Positions 40,398 to 53,059 are shown, counted from the stretch's first letter. The stretch: DNA of 64,000 nucleotides from an uncultured Verrucomicrobiae bacterium (GCA_963836755.1 CAWIKF010000001.1:512001-576000); one strand, 5' to 3'. Numbers and translations are program-made. Notes: generated from the letters alone by a model not told the origin.

Positions 40398-41093
40398 ATG
40401 CAAAAACCGCTGCTACTCGCTCTCGCGCTTTTTTCCATGCTTGCCGCACAGGCGCGCGCGGTCGAAAAGGAATACGTCGTCGTCACCGGCGGCGTTTCGC
40501 TTTACGAATGGGAAAAATTCAAGGCGCAGCCGCACGATCATTGGTGGGCGAACTTCATCCACGCATCGCGCGTTCGGCTCGAGCAGCTCCGGGCGCAGCT
40601 CGGCCCCGACGCGAAGATCACGTGGTTCGTTTACAAGGAAAGCTATCTCAAGCGCGGCAAACAGGAGGGGCGCGACTTGATCCCGTTGATCGAGTCGGTG
40701 CGCGACGCGACGCACGTGAATCTGCACTTTTTCACGAAGGCATCGGAACTCGTCGATTATCTGAATTTCGGCCAGGACCGGAATGCGGTGAAGATCGCGG
40801 ACTTCGAATACTTCGGGCACAGCAACAGGGCGTGCTTCATGTTTGACTACAGCGCGGAGCTCGACAGCGGCTCGAAATGCTGGCTTCACGAGACGGAGCT
40901 GACGCAGATCAAAAAGAGCGATTTCGACAGGGGAGCGTATGCGAAGAGCTGGGGCTGCCACACGGGGGAGGAGATGAGCGGCTACTGGCACAAGGCGACT
41001 GGCACGCGGATGATCGGCGCGATCGGGAGGACGGATTACTCGAACGAAGCCGCGGTGATGCTTTCCGATCCGAACGGGCGCTGGACGCAGTGA
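40398..41093 (+). CDS. Secreted hypothetical protein
   Basis: Signal peptide MQKPLLLALALFSMLAAQARA; FEYFGHSN and SWGCHTG hint at a His/Cys peptidase-like fold. Confidence 0.7.
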   Translation: MQKPLLLALALFSMLAAQARAVEKEYVVVTGGVSLYEWEKFKAQPHDHWWANFIHASRVRLEQLRAQLGPDAKITWFVYKESYLKRGKQEGRDLIPLIESVRDATHVNLHFFTKASELVDYLNFGQDRNAVKIADFEYFGHSNRACFMFDYSAELDSGSKCWLHETELTQIKKSDFDRGAYAKSWGCHTGEEMSGYWHKATGTRMIGAIGRTDYSNEAAVMLSDPNGRWTQ

Positions 41094-41176
41094 CCGGTTA
41101 AACAGGGTTGCAGAAAAATGCGACAAAGCGTAAAAAAAAACTTGTCAGACTGGCACAAGAATATATTATTGTTTTC

Positions 41177-41380
41177 ATGAAAATGAGAATTTCCATAATC
41201 TGTCTCCTCGGCGCACTTGCAATTTCCAGCATCGGCTGCAGTGCCGTAAACGGCGATGAGAAGTCCCGCATGCGCAATACCAACCGCCAAGCGTATCGCA
41301 CGAGCCCCGAGCTCGCGCCCGTCGCCGAGCCGCCAAACACCGGCATGTCGTGGGGCGGCAGCTTGACGACACGGAATTGA
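41177..41380 (+). CDS. Small putative lipoprotein
   Basis: MKMRISIICLLGALAISSIGC lipobox; promoter-like TTGTCA...TATATT upstream. Confidence 0.55.
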   Translation: MKMRISIICLLGALAISSIGCSAVNGDEKSRMRNTNRQAYRTSPELAPVAEPPNTGMSWGGSLTTRN

Positions 41381-41506
41381 TTTCAGCGTAGCGGCCTCGC
41401 GTTTTCCCAAGCGCGCCGCTTTTGAAATCGGTTGTCGATGTTCATGATGAAAACATTGACCGGGCGAGGGGCAAAACTATAGTCGCGTGGCAAAACCACT
41501 ACGACT

Positions 41507-41982
41507 ATGGCATTACCCGTCGGCACCAAAGCACCCGATTTCACTCTCAAATCAAAGAACGACTCCGGCCTGGTAGACATCAGGCTCAGCGAGCAGCTCG
41601 CCGAAAAAAACGTCGTCCTGCTTTTTTTCCCGGCCGCCTTCACCGGCGTCTGCACGCAGGAGATGTGCGACATCTCGGCCGGCATGAACGCATGGCGCGA
41701 TCTCGACGCGTCGGTCATCGGCATCAGCGTCGACACGCCGTTTGCGCAGGAGGCGTGGGCGCAAAAAGAGAACATCACTTTCCCGCTCGCCAGTGACCTG
41801 AACAAAAAGGTGATCGCGGCCTACGATGTGGTTCTCGAGGATCTCGTCGGCATCGGCACGGCAGCAAAGCGCGCGGTTTTCTTGATCGATAAAAGCGGCG
41901 TCATCCAATACGCGGAGCAAACTCCGACGCCGAAGGATCTGCCGGACTTTGACGCGGTGAAAGCGAAGCTGGCGGAGTTGAA

Positions 41983-41986
<4 letters not shown>
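41507..41986 (+). CDS. Peroxiredoxin / redoxin-domain protein
   Basis: [40 protein letters not shown]. Confidence 0.9.
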
Positions 41987-44841
<2,855 letters not shown>

Positions 44842-44843
44842 AC

Positions 44844-45656
44844 TTACGAGTCTGCAAGGATGCAATCGAGGATCTGGGTCAGGTCCTCGTTATGCTGCTG
44901 CGAGGCGATCCCAAAGGCGCTGACGATATCGAGGAGAAAATCCGCATTCTCTTTCGTGAATCGATAAGTCACCGTTTCCTTCGAATGGGCAGGGCCCGTC
45001 GGCCGAGGCCCACCTGCCGGCGTGCGCAACTCGGCCATGTTCAAACAGACGTAAATCATTGCCTGGTTTCCCACCGCGCGCTGCTTCGGCTTCAACTCGA
45101 TCTCGACACGGCCGTGCGCGTCTTCCTTCGAAAAAATTGGCACCTGCTCGACAGATTTTTCAAATCCGCCGGGCACGTCCTCATGCGCAGATTTTTCGAC
45201 CGTGATCTTTTCCTCGGTTTCGAGATTCGCGTCGTGCGAACGCGCGAGAAATGCGCGCGCGTGCAACAGTTGATCGCGGCTGATCAAGCCCAGTCGCAGC
45301 GCCTCGACGAGAATCTTTGCAAGCTCGATGCCATATTTTGTTTCGCCTTTTCGCTGAAAGCGAACTCCCGCAGCGACTGAAGGATGATGCGCGTCGAGCG
45401 AGTCGTAACCGATTTGCCACTCGAGAAAATCATCCGCATTGAGCGAAGTGTGCAGAGGCGAAACTGGAACGCTGAGGCCACCGGGATGCCGTTGCTTTAG
45501 CCGAACTTTTCCTGTGACGTCAGTGAGCGGAAGCCGCACCACGACTGCATCTCCAACTGTTTCGATGCGGACAGTTTTATAATCCGCATCTGCGCCGCGA
45601 GCGTTGATCGCGAGCGCGATGAGCAGCGCGCCGGCGAGATTCCTCAGCCGCGCCAC
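44844..45656 (-). CDS. R.PabI-family (HALFPIPE) restriction DNA glycosylase homolog with N-terminal signal-peptide-like segment
   Basis: Ordered family motifs recognised from memory: RLPLT..TGKVR, LEWQIGYD, KYGIEL, KQRAVGNQAMIY, FGIASQQHNEDL..IL. N-terminus MARLRNLAGALLIALAINARG. GTG start abuts the upstream TAG. Confidence 0.8.
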   Translation of the reverse strand: MARLRNLAGALLIALAINARGADADYKTVRIETVGDAVVVRLPLTDVTGKVRLKQRHPGGLSVPVSPLHTSLNADDFLEWQIGYDSLDAHHPSVAAGVRFQRKGETKYGIELAKILVEALRLGLISRDQLLHARAFLARSHDANLETEEKITVEKSAHEDVPGGFEKSVEQVPIFSKEDAHGRVEIELKPKQRAVGNQAMIYVCLNMAELRTPAGGPRPTGPAHSKETVTYRFTKENADFLLDIVSAFGIASQQHNEDLTQILDCILADS

Positions 45657-48095
45657 CTACTTGATCAACTGCTCCAGCGCCGTGTCGGCCTCCGCGCCGA
45701 GCCCGACGGCGCGCTTATAGTATTTGCTCGCCATTTCCTTGTTCGGGGGCTGCATCGTCGCGTAGATCACCGCGAGGTTGAAGTTCGCGTCGGCGTAATT
45801 TGGATCGAGCGCAATCGCAGTCTGCAATTCCTTGAGAGCCGCTTCCTGCCAGCCTTTTTGGCTCGCCGTGATGCCGAGATAATTGTGCGCGATCGCGTCC
45901 TTCGGCGTGATGGCCACGGCAGCCGTGAGCGCGGTAACCGCCTGGTCGTATTTCCCTTCCTGGTAATAAACGATGCCGAGCGTGCGATGGGAAAATGAAT
46001 CGCCGGGCGCGACCGCGATTGCTTTTTTAAACTTTTCCTCCGCGAGTTTCATTTTGTTCTGCCGGAAATCGACTACGCCGAGGTTGGACAAAATGTAAAC
46101 ATTGTTTGGCGCCTTCGTAAGCATCTGCTCATACGTTTTCTCCGCGTCGCGATATTGCCCACGATCGAACTGGTCCTTCGCATCGCGCGCCGCGCCGAGC
46201 AGATCGTCCGGAACGTTCGGGTTCGTCGACGTTTCCACCTGCGGAGGATTACCCGCGCCCGCGGCGGTTTTGTCGCCGCTGTCCGCGCCAGATTGCTGCG
46301 TGACTGCGGATGGCGATGGGTTCGCGCTTGCCAGGTCTGAATTCGGTGATGCTGCGGTGGAAGTCGGAGAGGCATGCGGCTTTGCAGAGTTTCCAGATGC
46401 TTCCGGTTTCGGTGCGGCGACGGAAAATTCCATGGCCGCCGAATCGGTGTCCGCGATTTCGATTTGCGGCTGTTTAAACAACGCCTTTTCCTTGTCTGTC
46501 AGCTTCACAACCGGCTGGCCGAGGTAATCGATTTCCTGCAGCAGCGTGCCCGAGCGGACCTGAAGCCCTTGAAGCTCGGAAAGCACGAGCTTTTTCGCCT
46601 GCTCGCGACGCGCCTGCTCCTTGAGCTGACGCACCACGATCCCGCGGAGCAACTCGTTTTCTTCTGTGTATTTTTTCTTTTCCTCGCTGCTCGCGCCGCT
46701 GGTTTGCATCGCCACCAATTCCGCCTTCGCGCCGTCGAGCTGCTTTTGCAAATTCGCCATCGAAGCTTGGTATCCGGCGCTTTGCTTTTGTGCCGAGGCG
46801 AGCAAGTCCTTCGTGTCGGTCACTTCTTTCCGCAGCGCCGCGATCTGCTGATCCTTTTCTGGCGCGCTGGCGTTAAAGTCGTGAATCGTCTTTTCTGCCT
46901 CGCCGAGTTTTCGCGAAAGCGTCGCGTTGTCTGCCATGAGCTGATCGACCTTTTTCTGCGCGTCACGCGCCTTTGCGAGATCGGCGAGAGCCTGATCACG
47001 CTGCTTCGCAATGCTGTCGCGTTCGGCGCTGACAGACGCGATCTGCGCCTGCGCCTCTGAAACTTTTTTGTTTAAATCATCCGATTCCTTGCGCGCCGCG
47101 TCGCGTTCCTTGCCGAGAACAGCGAGCTGTTTCTGCGCATCCGCGAGCTTCTTTGAAACTTCCTCGCTCGCGGCGTGCGTGAATTGATTTTCCTGCGTCA
47201 GCTTGCTGATTTGCGCTTTCGCGTCGGCCAGTTCCTGCGTCACTTTGGAAGCGTTCGCATATTTCGCTTCGAGGTCTTTCAATTTGTTCGCCGCGTCCTG
47301 CCGTTCCTGCTGCACGCTCGTTACGGTCTTGCGCACCTTCGACAAACGCCGCGCGTAATCGCTATTCACCGTGTCCGCCGCCTCGCGATCCGCCTGCGCG
47401 TCCTCGAGTTGATTCTGCAATTGCGCGATCTGCTTTTTCATCGCGTCGCTGTCGGCGCTGTTTCCGGGCGCATTGTTTTGCAAAGCCTGCTGCAGCTGTT
47501 GCAGCTTCGCCTTCAATTCCGCCACGCTTGTTCTATTTTGGACGAGCTGCTTGAGGGCTTCGCCAAGCTGCGCGGCCATCTTTTCCTTTTGCTGCTGCAC
47601 TGTCTGCAATTGCTGCCGCGAGTCGCGCAGATCATTTTGCAATTGATCGATGCGGCCCTTGATGTCGCTCGCCGCATCGTCCGTCCGCTGCGGCAATGGC
47701 TCAGTCGGCAGCGACGCGGTCGACTGCTCCTTTTGCGGCATCGGGACATCCGGCTCGACGACCGCGCCGCCGTTTCCGGATGCCTCTGGCGGTTGGTTGC
47801 CGACCTGCTGCTCGAGCCGCGCGATGCTTTCACTCGTGCGCTTTTTGCGATACTCGACGATCAGCGGTTGCCAGTTCGGATACTTTTGTCCGATTTGATC
47901 GAGCAACGTCGCGGCATAGCGATATTTCGCAAGCGCCGGTGCCGCGCGCCCGCTTTGCTCCAGACCCTCGCCCTGCTGCACTGCCATGTAGGCATTTAGA
48001 AAAAGATCCGATGGGTCGCTCGATTGCGCGCGGACTTTGCCCGGCGACCCGAGAGAAAAAACCAGCAAAGCGAGGAAAACCAGAATGCGCCGCAT
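45657..48095 (-). CDS. Exported coiled-coil protein with C-terminal TPR repeats
   Basis: Signal peptide MRRILVFLALLVFSLG...VRA, long Q/K/A/E coiled coil, TPRs (NLGVVDF, LGIVYY, HNYLGI, NFNLAVIY). Confidence 0.88.
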   Translation of the reverse strand: MRRILVFLALLVFSLGSPGKVRAQSSDPSDLFLNAYMAVQQGEGLEQSGRAAPALAKYRYAATLLDQIGQKYPNWQPLIVEYRKKRTSESIARLEQQVGNQPPEASGNGGAVVEPDVPMPQKEQSTASLPTEPLPQRTDDAASDIKGRIDQLQNDLRDSRQQLQTVQQQKEKMAAQLGEALKQLVQNRTSVAELKAKLQQLQQALQNNAPGNSADSDAMKKQIAQLQNQLEDAQADREAADTVNSDYARRLSKVRKTVTSVQQERQDAANKLKDLEAKYANASKVTQELADAKAQISKLTQENQFTHAASEEVSKKLADAQKQLAVLGKERDAARKESDDLNKKVSEAQAQIASVSAERDSIAKQRDQALADLAKARDAQKKVDQLMADNATLSRKLGEAEKTIHDFNASAPEKDQQIAALRKEVTDTKDLLASAQKQSAGYQASMANLQKQLDGAKAELVAMQTSGASSEEKKKYTEENELLRGIVVRQLKEQARREQAKKLVLSELQGLQVRSGTLLQEIDYLGQPVVKLTDKEKALFKQPQIEIADTDSAAMEFSVAAPKPEASGNSAKPHASPTSTAASPNSDLASANPSPSAVTQQSGADSGDKTAAGAGNPPQVETSTNPNVPDDLLGAARDAKDQFDRGQYRDAEKTYEQMLTKAPNNVYILSNLGVVDFRQNKMKLAEEKFKKAIAVAPGDSFSHRTLGIVYYQEGKYDQAVTALTAAVAITPKDAIAHNYLGITASQKGWQEAALKELQTAIALDPNYADANFNLAVIYATMQPPNKEMASKYYKRAVGLGAEADTALEQLIK

Positions 48096-48196
48096 CGGAA
48101 AAGGTGACGACACTAGCTTAAGTCGCAGGGCGATGCAAACGATTCTCATCGCCGCGCAGCCCTTTATTCATGCGGGTTCCACAGCTTTCGCGGCAA

Positions 48197-48225
48197 TTGA
48201 CACTTCCCGCGCCGAATGGTAGGTT
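48197..48225 (+). promoter_or_regulatory. Sigma70-type promoter for the HNH gene
   Basis: TTGACA - 17 bp - TAGGTT with extended TG. Confidence 0.6.
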
Positions 48226-48247
48226 GCCCGCAAATTTTCAAACCCAA

Positions 48248-48847
48248 ATGTTAGACCGGCAAGTCCTCGTCCTCAATCGACTCTGGCAGGCGGTCAATGT
48301 CTGCACCGTTCGCCGCGCCTTCACGCTTCTGTGTCAAGGCCACGCACAAGTCGTCTCCTCCGACGCGCAAAACAACTTTCTCACGCATGACTTTTCGAGC
48401 TGGCACGCGTTTTCGCAGCGCGAGCCCGAGGACGAGATGGTCCACACGATCTCGTTCAAAATCCGCATCCCCCGCGTGATCGTTCTTTTGCTTTTTGATC
48501 GCCTGCCGAAAAAGGAAGTCAAATTCACGAGGCACAATATTTTCGAGCGCGACAAAAACACCTGCCAATACTGCGGGCAGATTTTCGACCGCAAAGACCT
48601 CAACCTCGACCACGTCATCCCGCGCGAAAAAGGCGGCCTCACCACGTGGGAAAACATTGTTTGCTCCTGCATCCCGTGCAACACGCGCAAGGGAAACAAA
48701 CTTCCGCACCAGGCGCACATGCAGCTCATTCGCAAACCCGAGCGCCCGCGCTGGCGGCCGTTCCTGCATCTCACATTCCATGGGCATCACGAAAGTTGGC
48801 GGCACTTCATCGACCTCGCTTACTGGAACGTCGAGCTGGGCGATTAA
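48248..48847 (+). CDS. HNH endonuclease family protein
   Basis: VLVLN, PRVIVL, NIFERDKNTCQYCG, DHVIP...GG..TWENIVCSCIPCNTRKG. Confidence 0.92.
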   Translation: MLDRQVLVLNRLWQAVNVCTVRRAFTLLCQGHAQVVSSDAQNNFLTHDFSSWHAFSQREPEDEMVHTISFKIRIPRVIVLLLFDRLPKKEVKFTRHNIFERDKNTCQYCGQIFDRKDLNLDHVIPREKGGLTTWENIVCSCIPCNTRKGNKLPHQAHMQLIRKPERPRWRPFLHLTFHGHHESWRHFIDLAYWNVELGD

Positions 48848-48912
48848 GCCAACGGGCAGCCGTTTGCGGAAAAAGTGGAGCAGTGGCAGCGCGGTTGAAT
48901 TAAGCTCGCTCG

Positions 48913-50289
48913 ATGCAAACTGCGGCCGCCGATCTCGCGCGGATCCTCGATCACGAGCGCGTGCTTTTTGAAAAGGAGCACCTGCTCACCTATGGCTTCG
49001 ATGGAACCGCCGCACTGCGTGGCGAAGCTGGCTGCGTGGTGTTTCCCCGAACCTCGGAGGAGGTTTCGCGCGTCATCAAATATGCCGCGCAGCACAAAAT
49101 CCCAGTCGTCACGCGCGGGTCGGGGACTGGCTTGAGCGGCGGTAGCGTGCCAGTGCGCGGCTGCATCGTTTTGTGCCTCGTGCAAATGGATCGCGTGCTC
49201 GAGCTCGATCCGAAAAACCTAACGATGCATGTGGAAGCAGGCGTCGTGACGTTGAAAATCGCGGAGCTTGCGGACGCCGCTGGACTGCTTTATCCGCCCG
49301 ATCCGGGCTCGATGAAAATTTCGACGATTGGCGGCAATGTTGCGGAAAATTCCGGCGGGCTGCGCGGCTTGAAGTATGGCGTCACCCGCGATTACGTGAT
49401 GGGCATCGAAGTCGTGCTCGCGAATGGGGAAATAGTTTCCTTTGGCAACAAATGTGTGAAGGACGTCGCCGGATATTCGATGAAAGATGTGTTCATCGGC
49501 TCCGAAGGAACACTTGGCGTCGTCACCAAAGTTTTGCTGAAGCTCGTGCCGAAACCGGCGGTGACTGAAACAATGCTGGCAACTTTTTCCAGCATGAATG
49601 CCGCTGCCGAAACGGTCTCGGCGATCATCGCGAGCAGGATCATTCCTTGCACGCTGGAGTTCCTCGACAAAATCACCATCAATTGCGTCGAAGACTTTGC
49701 TCACGTCGGTTTGCCGCGGGATGCGGAGGCGATTTTGCTGATGGAAACCGACGGCCATCCGGCGGCCGTCGCGGAGGAAGCTGAGCGAATGGCGGAGATT
49801 GCGCGACGTTGCGGAGCGGTTTCTGTGGTTGCCGCGAAGAACGCGGAAGAGGCCGCGAAGCTTGCAATGGCGCGGCGCGCCGCGTTTTCATCGCTCGCCC
49901 GTGTATCGCCGACGACGATCCTGGAAGATGCCACGGTGCCGCGCAGCGAGCTCGTGCAGATGATCGAGTTCATTCAAAACACCGCCGCAAAATTTCGCGT
50001 GCGTATCGGCACGTTCGGGCACATGGGCGACGGAAATTTGCATCCGACTTTTTTGACGGACGAAAAAGATGAGGACGAAATGAAGCGCGTGGAAATGGCG
50101 ATGCAGGAAATTTTCGATCGCGCGATTCAGCTCGGCGGCACGATCACCGGCGAGCACGGCGTCGGTCTTGCAAAGAAAAGATTTCTGCGCAACGCGGTGG
50201 GCGACTCGAGTCTGAACGTGATGCGACTGATCAAGCGCGCACTCGATCCCGACAATCTTTTGAACCCCGGAAAAATCTTCGATGCCTGA
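48913..50289 (+). CDS. glcD: FAD-linked oxidase, glycolate oxidase subunit GlcD-like
   Basis: RGSGTGLSGG, YPPDPGS, STIGGN, LKYGVT, GSEGTLG, GHMGDGNLHP, TGEHGVG, LNPGK. Confidence 0.88.
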   Translation: MQTAAADLARILDHERVLFEKEHLLTYGFDGTAALRGEAGCVVFPRTSEEVSRVIKYAAQHKIPVVTRGSGTGLSGGSVPVRGCIVLCLVQMDRVLELDPKNLTMHVEAGVVTLKIAELADAAGLLYPPDPGSMKISTIGGNVAENSGGLRGLKYGVTRDYVMGIEVVLANGEIVSFGNKCVKDVAGYSMKDVFIGSEGTLGVVTKVLLKLVPKPAVTETMLATFSSMNAAAETVSAIIASRIIPCTLEFLDKITINCVEDFAHVGLPRDAEAILLMETDGHPAAVAEEAERMAEIARRCGAVSVVAAKNAEEAAKLAMARRAAFSSLARVSPTTILEDATVPRSELVQMIEFIQNTAAKFRVRIGTFGHMGDGNLHPTFLTDEKDEDEMKRVEMAMQEIFDRAIQLGGTITGEHGVGLAKKRFLRNAVGDSSLNVMRLIKRALDPDNLLNPGKIFDA

Positions 50290-51640
50290 GCTGCACGATC
50301 GCATCGTCGAGATCGGTCGCGCGAATCCGCCTGGCCCGCGCGGCGCGCCATTTTATCTGCGGCAGCTCGATTACTCGGTGCTCCAGCAGTGCATCCACTG
50401 CGGGATGTGTCTGCCGACCTGCCCGACCTACGACGAGACGAAACTCGAGCGCAACAGCCCGCGCGGTCGCATCGCGCTGATGCGCAGCATTGCCGAGGGC
50501 GCGCTCGATGTGACGCGCGCGTTTGGCGACGAGATGTATTTTTGCCTCGGCTGTCTCGCGTGTGAAACGGTCTGCCCGGCGGGCGTGAATTACGCGGAGA
50601 TGTTTGAAAATGCGCGCGCCGACATTGAGCGGGCCGGCGTGCTGAAGAATCCGCAACGCACTTTGGTGCGAGCGCTGACATTGCGCTGGATCTTCACGCG
50701 GCCGCGAGTGCTGCGCGCGCTGGGGCGGCTGCTTTATTTCTACCAAAAAAGTGGGCTGGAGAAAGTGGTGAGAACCTTGGCACGAATCGCATTGCTGCCG
50801 CGCCGATGGCGGGAGCTGGAAACTTTGACTCCACGCGTGTGCCGCGAATTTTCCGATGCGTTGATCGCGCCGGTTGAGCCGGCGATTGCCAAAAAATACC
50901 GCGTCGGAATGCTGACCGGTTGCGTGCAGGATTTGACGTTCTCCGACGTGAACCGCGACACCGTCGATGCGCTGCGCGTCAATGGCTGCGAAGTCGCGAC
51001 GCCACGGGCGCAGTTTTGCTGCGGCTCGCTGCACGCGCACAACGGTGAGCTGGAACTTGCGCGGGAAATGGCGCGGCGAAACATTGATTCCTTCGACCTG
51101 CATGAGATCGACGCGATCATCAGCAACGCGGCGGGATGCGGCTCGCACTTGAAAAATTACGCGCATCTCTTGCGCGACGATCCGACTTACGCGGAGCGCG
51201 CGGCGATTTGGTCAGCAAAGCTGCGCGATGTGCATGAATGGCTCGTGGAGATCGGATTGAGAGCGGTCGATGGCAATGGCGAAACTTTGGTGACGTATCA
51301 CGAGGCATGTCACTTGTGTCACGCTCAAAAGATCAGCAGCGCGCCGCGAGAGGTGATGCGCGCGGTGCGCGACCTTCGACTCATTGAATTGCCCGAGGCG
51401 ACGTGGTGCTGCGGAAGCGCGGGGGTTTACAACATCACGCAGCCGGAGATGTCTCAAAAACTTTTACTGCGCAAAGTAAAACAAATCGTTTCAACCGGTG
51501 CGAGCATCGTGGCTTCCGCAAATCCAGGCTGCACCATTCAATTGCGCGCGGGATTGCGCGAGCAGGGAAATCAGATTTGCGTGGCGCATCCGATTTCACT
51601 TTTGGCCGAGGCGTATCGTGAAGCAGGTTGGTGCCGATGA
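50282..51640 (+). CDS. glcF: Glycolate oxidase Fe-S subunit GlcF-like
   Basis: CIHCGMCLPTCP, SPRGR, CLGCLACETVCP, two CCG domains. Confidence 0.85.
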   Translation: MPELHDRIVEIGRANPPGPRGAPFYLRQLDYSVLQQCIHCGMCLPTCPTYDETKLERNSPRGRIALMRSIAEGALDVTRAFGDEMYFCLGCLACETVCPAGVNYAEMFENARADIERAGVLKNPQRTLVRALTLRWIFTRPRVLRALGRLLYFYQKSGLEKVVRTLARIALLPRRWRELETLTPRVCREFSDALIAPVEPAIAKKYRVGMLTGCVQDLTFSDVNRDTVDALRVNGCEVATPRAQFCCGSLHAHNGELELAREMARRNIDSFDLHEIDAIISNAAGCGSHLKNYAHLLRDDPTYAERAAIWSAKLRDVHEWLVEIGLRAVDGNGETLVTYHEACHLCHAQKISSAPREVMRAVRDLRLIELPEATWCCGSAGVYNITQPEMSQKLLLRKVKQIVSTGASIVASANPGCTIQLRAGLREQGNQICVAHPISLLAEAYREAGWCR

Positions 51641-52995
51641 TGGATGATTTGTTCGAGACGGCGACGCCACAAGTTCCGCGCGTTTTCTCCGTGAGCGAAA
51701 TCACGCGCGCGGTCCGCGTCTGCCTGGAAAACGAGGTGGGCGAAGTCTGGGTGCAGGGCGAGATTTGCAATCACAGGAAGCAGTCTTCGGGGCATCAATA
51801 TTTTGGATTGAAAGATGGGCGCGCGCTGCTGGGCTGCGTGCTGTTTCAAAAAAACTCGCTGCGGATGCTGCCGCTAGCCGACGGGATGCTGGTGCAGGTG
51901 CGCGGCGACGTGACTGTTTACGAGGCGCGAGGGCAATATCAGCTCGTTGTAAATCTGGTGCAGGCGGCCGGCGTCGGGTTATTGCAGGCAAAATTCGATG
52001 CGCTCAAACGCAAGCTCGAGGCGGAAGGGTTATTCGCTGCAGAGCGGAAAAAGCCGCTGCCGAAGTTCCCACGCGTCGTAGGAATCGTGACGTCGCCCAG
52101 CGGCGCGGCGATTCACGATATGTTAAACGTGATTAAACGGCGCGCTTCATGGGTGCATGTGGTGCTCAATCCCGTGCGCGTGCAAGGATCTGGCGCCGCG
52201 AAGGAGATGGCGGCGGCGGTGCGGGAGTTTAATGAGGATGCAACTTTGCCGCGCGTGGATGTGATCGTGGTTTGTCGCGGCGGTGGGAGCGCGGAAGATT
52301 TGTGGGAGTTTAACGAGGAGATTTTCGCGCGTGCGATTGCTGCTTCAAAGATTCCTGTCGTCTCGGCGGTGGGACACGAAATCGATTTTACGATTTCTGA
52401 TTTCGTCGCAGACCTGCGCGCCCCGACGCCCAGCGCGGCGGGCGAGCTGATTGTGCCTGAGACGATGGAGCTGACGAGGCGTCTCGCGCAATTTTCTGAT
52501 CGCATGAATCGCATCGCGAACTTTTCCCTGAGCACGCGGAGATCGCAGGTTCGGGAGATTTCGCGGTGCCCAGTCTTCCGCAAAACGGAGCAGCAGCTCG
52601 ATGAATGGACGCAGCGAGTCGATCTTACTGAAGAATCGATGCGTCATGCGGCGCGCGGATTTTTCATCGCGCGCCGTCTGGAACTCGGCGCAATTTTAAG
52701 CCGACTTCGAGAGCATCGACCCGATCAAATCGCGAGGATGAAGCGCCAGCAGTTGGCGGGAATCGGAAACAGGATTGTGCGACTAATGAACGATCAGCGC
52801 GAGCGATGCCGGAATCGCGTGAGCCGAATCCACAAAGTGCTGATGGTGCTTTCGCCTGAGGCAACACTGCAGCGCGGCTACAGCATCACCACGAAGGCAA
52901 ACGGGGAGTTGCTTCGTTCCGCCGCAGAGATCAAGCCGCGGATGAAATTAATCACGCGGCTCGGCGACGGCACCGCAATATCGATCGCTCAGTAG
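51637..52995 (+). CDS. xseA: Exodeoxyribonuclease VII large subunit
   Basis: VWVQGEI, SGHQYF.LKD, TSPSGAAIHD, RGGGSAEDLW, SAVGHEID, APTPSAA, LQRGYS. Confidence 0.95.
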   Translation: MMDDLFETATPQVPRVFSVSEITRAVRVCLENEVGEVWVQGEICNHRKQSSGHQYFGLKDGRALLGCVLFQKNSLRMLPLADGMLVQVRGDVTVYEARGQYQLVVNLVQAAGVGLLQAKFDALKRKLEAEGLFAAERKKPLPKFPRVVGIVTSPSGAAIHDMLNVIKRRASWVHVVLNPVRVQGSGAAKEMAAAVREFNEDATLPRVDVIVVCRGGGSAEDLWEFNEEIFARAIAASKIPVVSAVGHEIDFTISDFVADLRAPTPSAAGELIVPETMELTRRLAQFSDRMNRIANFSLSTRRSQVREISRCPVFRKTEQQLDEWTQRVDLTEESMRHAARGFFIARRLELGAILSRLREHRPDQIARMKRQQLAGIGNRIVRLMNDQRERCRNRVSRIHKVLMVLSPEATLQRGYSITTKANGELLRSAAEIKPRMKLITRLGDGTAISIAQ

Positions 52996-53000
52996 AAGAC

Positions 53001-53042
53001 AAAAAAAATGCAGATCCCGATCGAAACCGGGATCTGCATTTT
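53001..53042. terminator. Bidirectional intrinsic terminator between xseA and the pilin-like gene
   Basis: A8-TGCAGATCCCG-ATCGAAAC-CGGGATCTGCA-TTTT. Confidence 0.85.
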
Positions 53043-53059
53043 GCTAAAACTGAGGTGGA

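Noticed and set aside
48248..48847. HNH as part of a mobile intron or Cas9/IscB-like system
   Set aside because: Short stand-alone HNH of a widespread family; no RuvC-like segments, host gene interruption or associated array.
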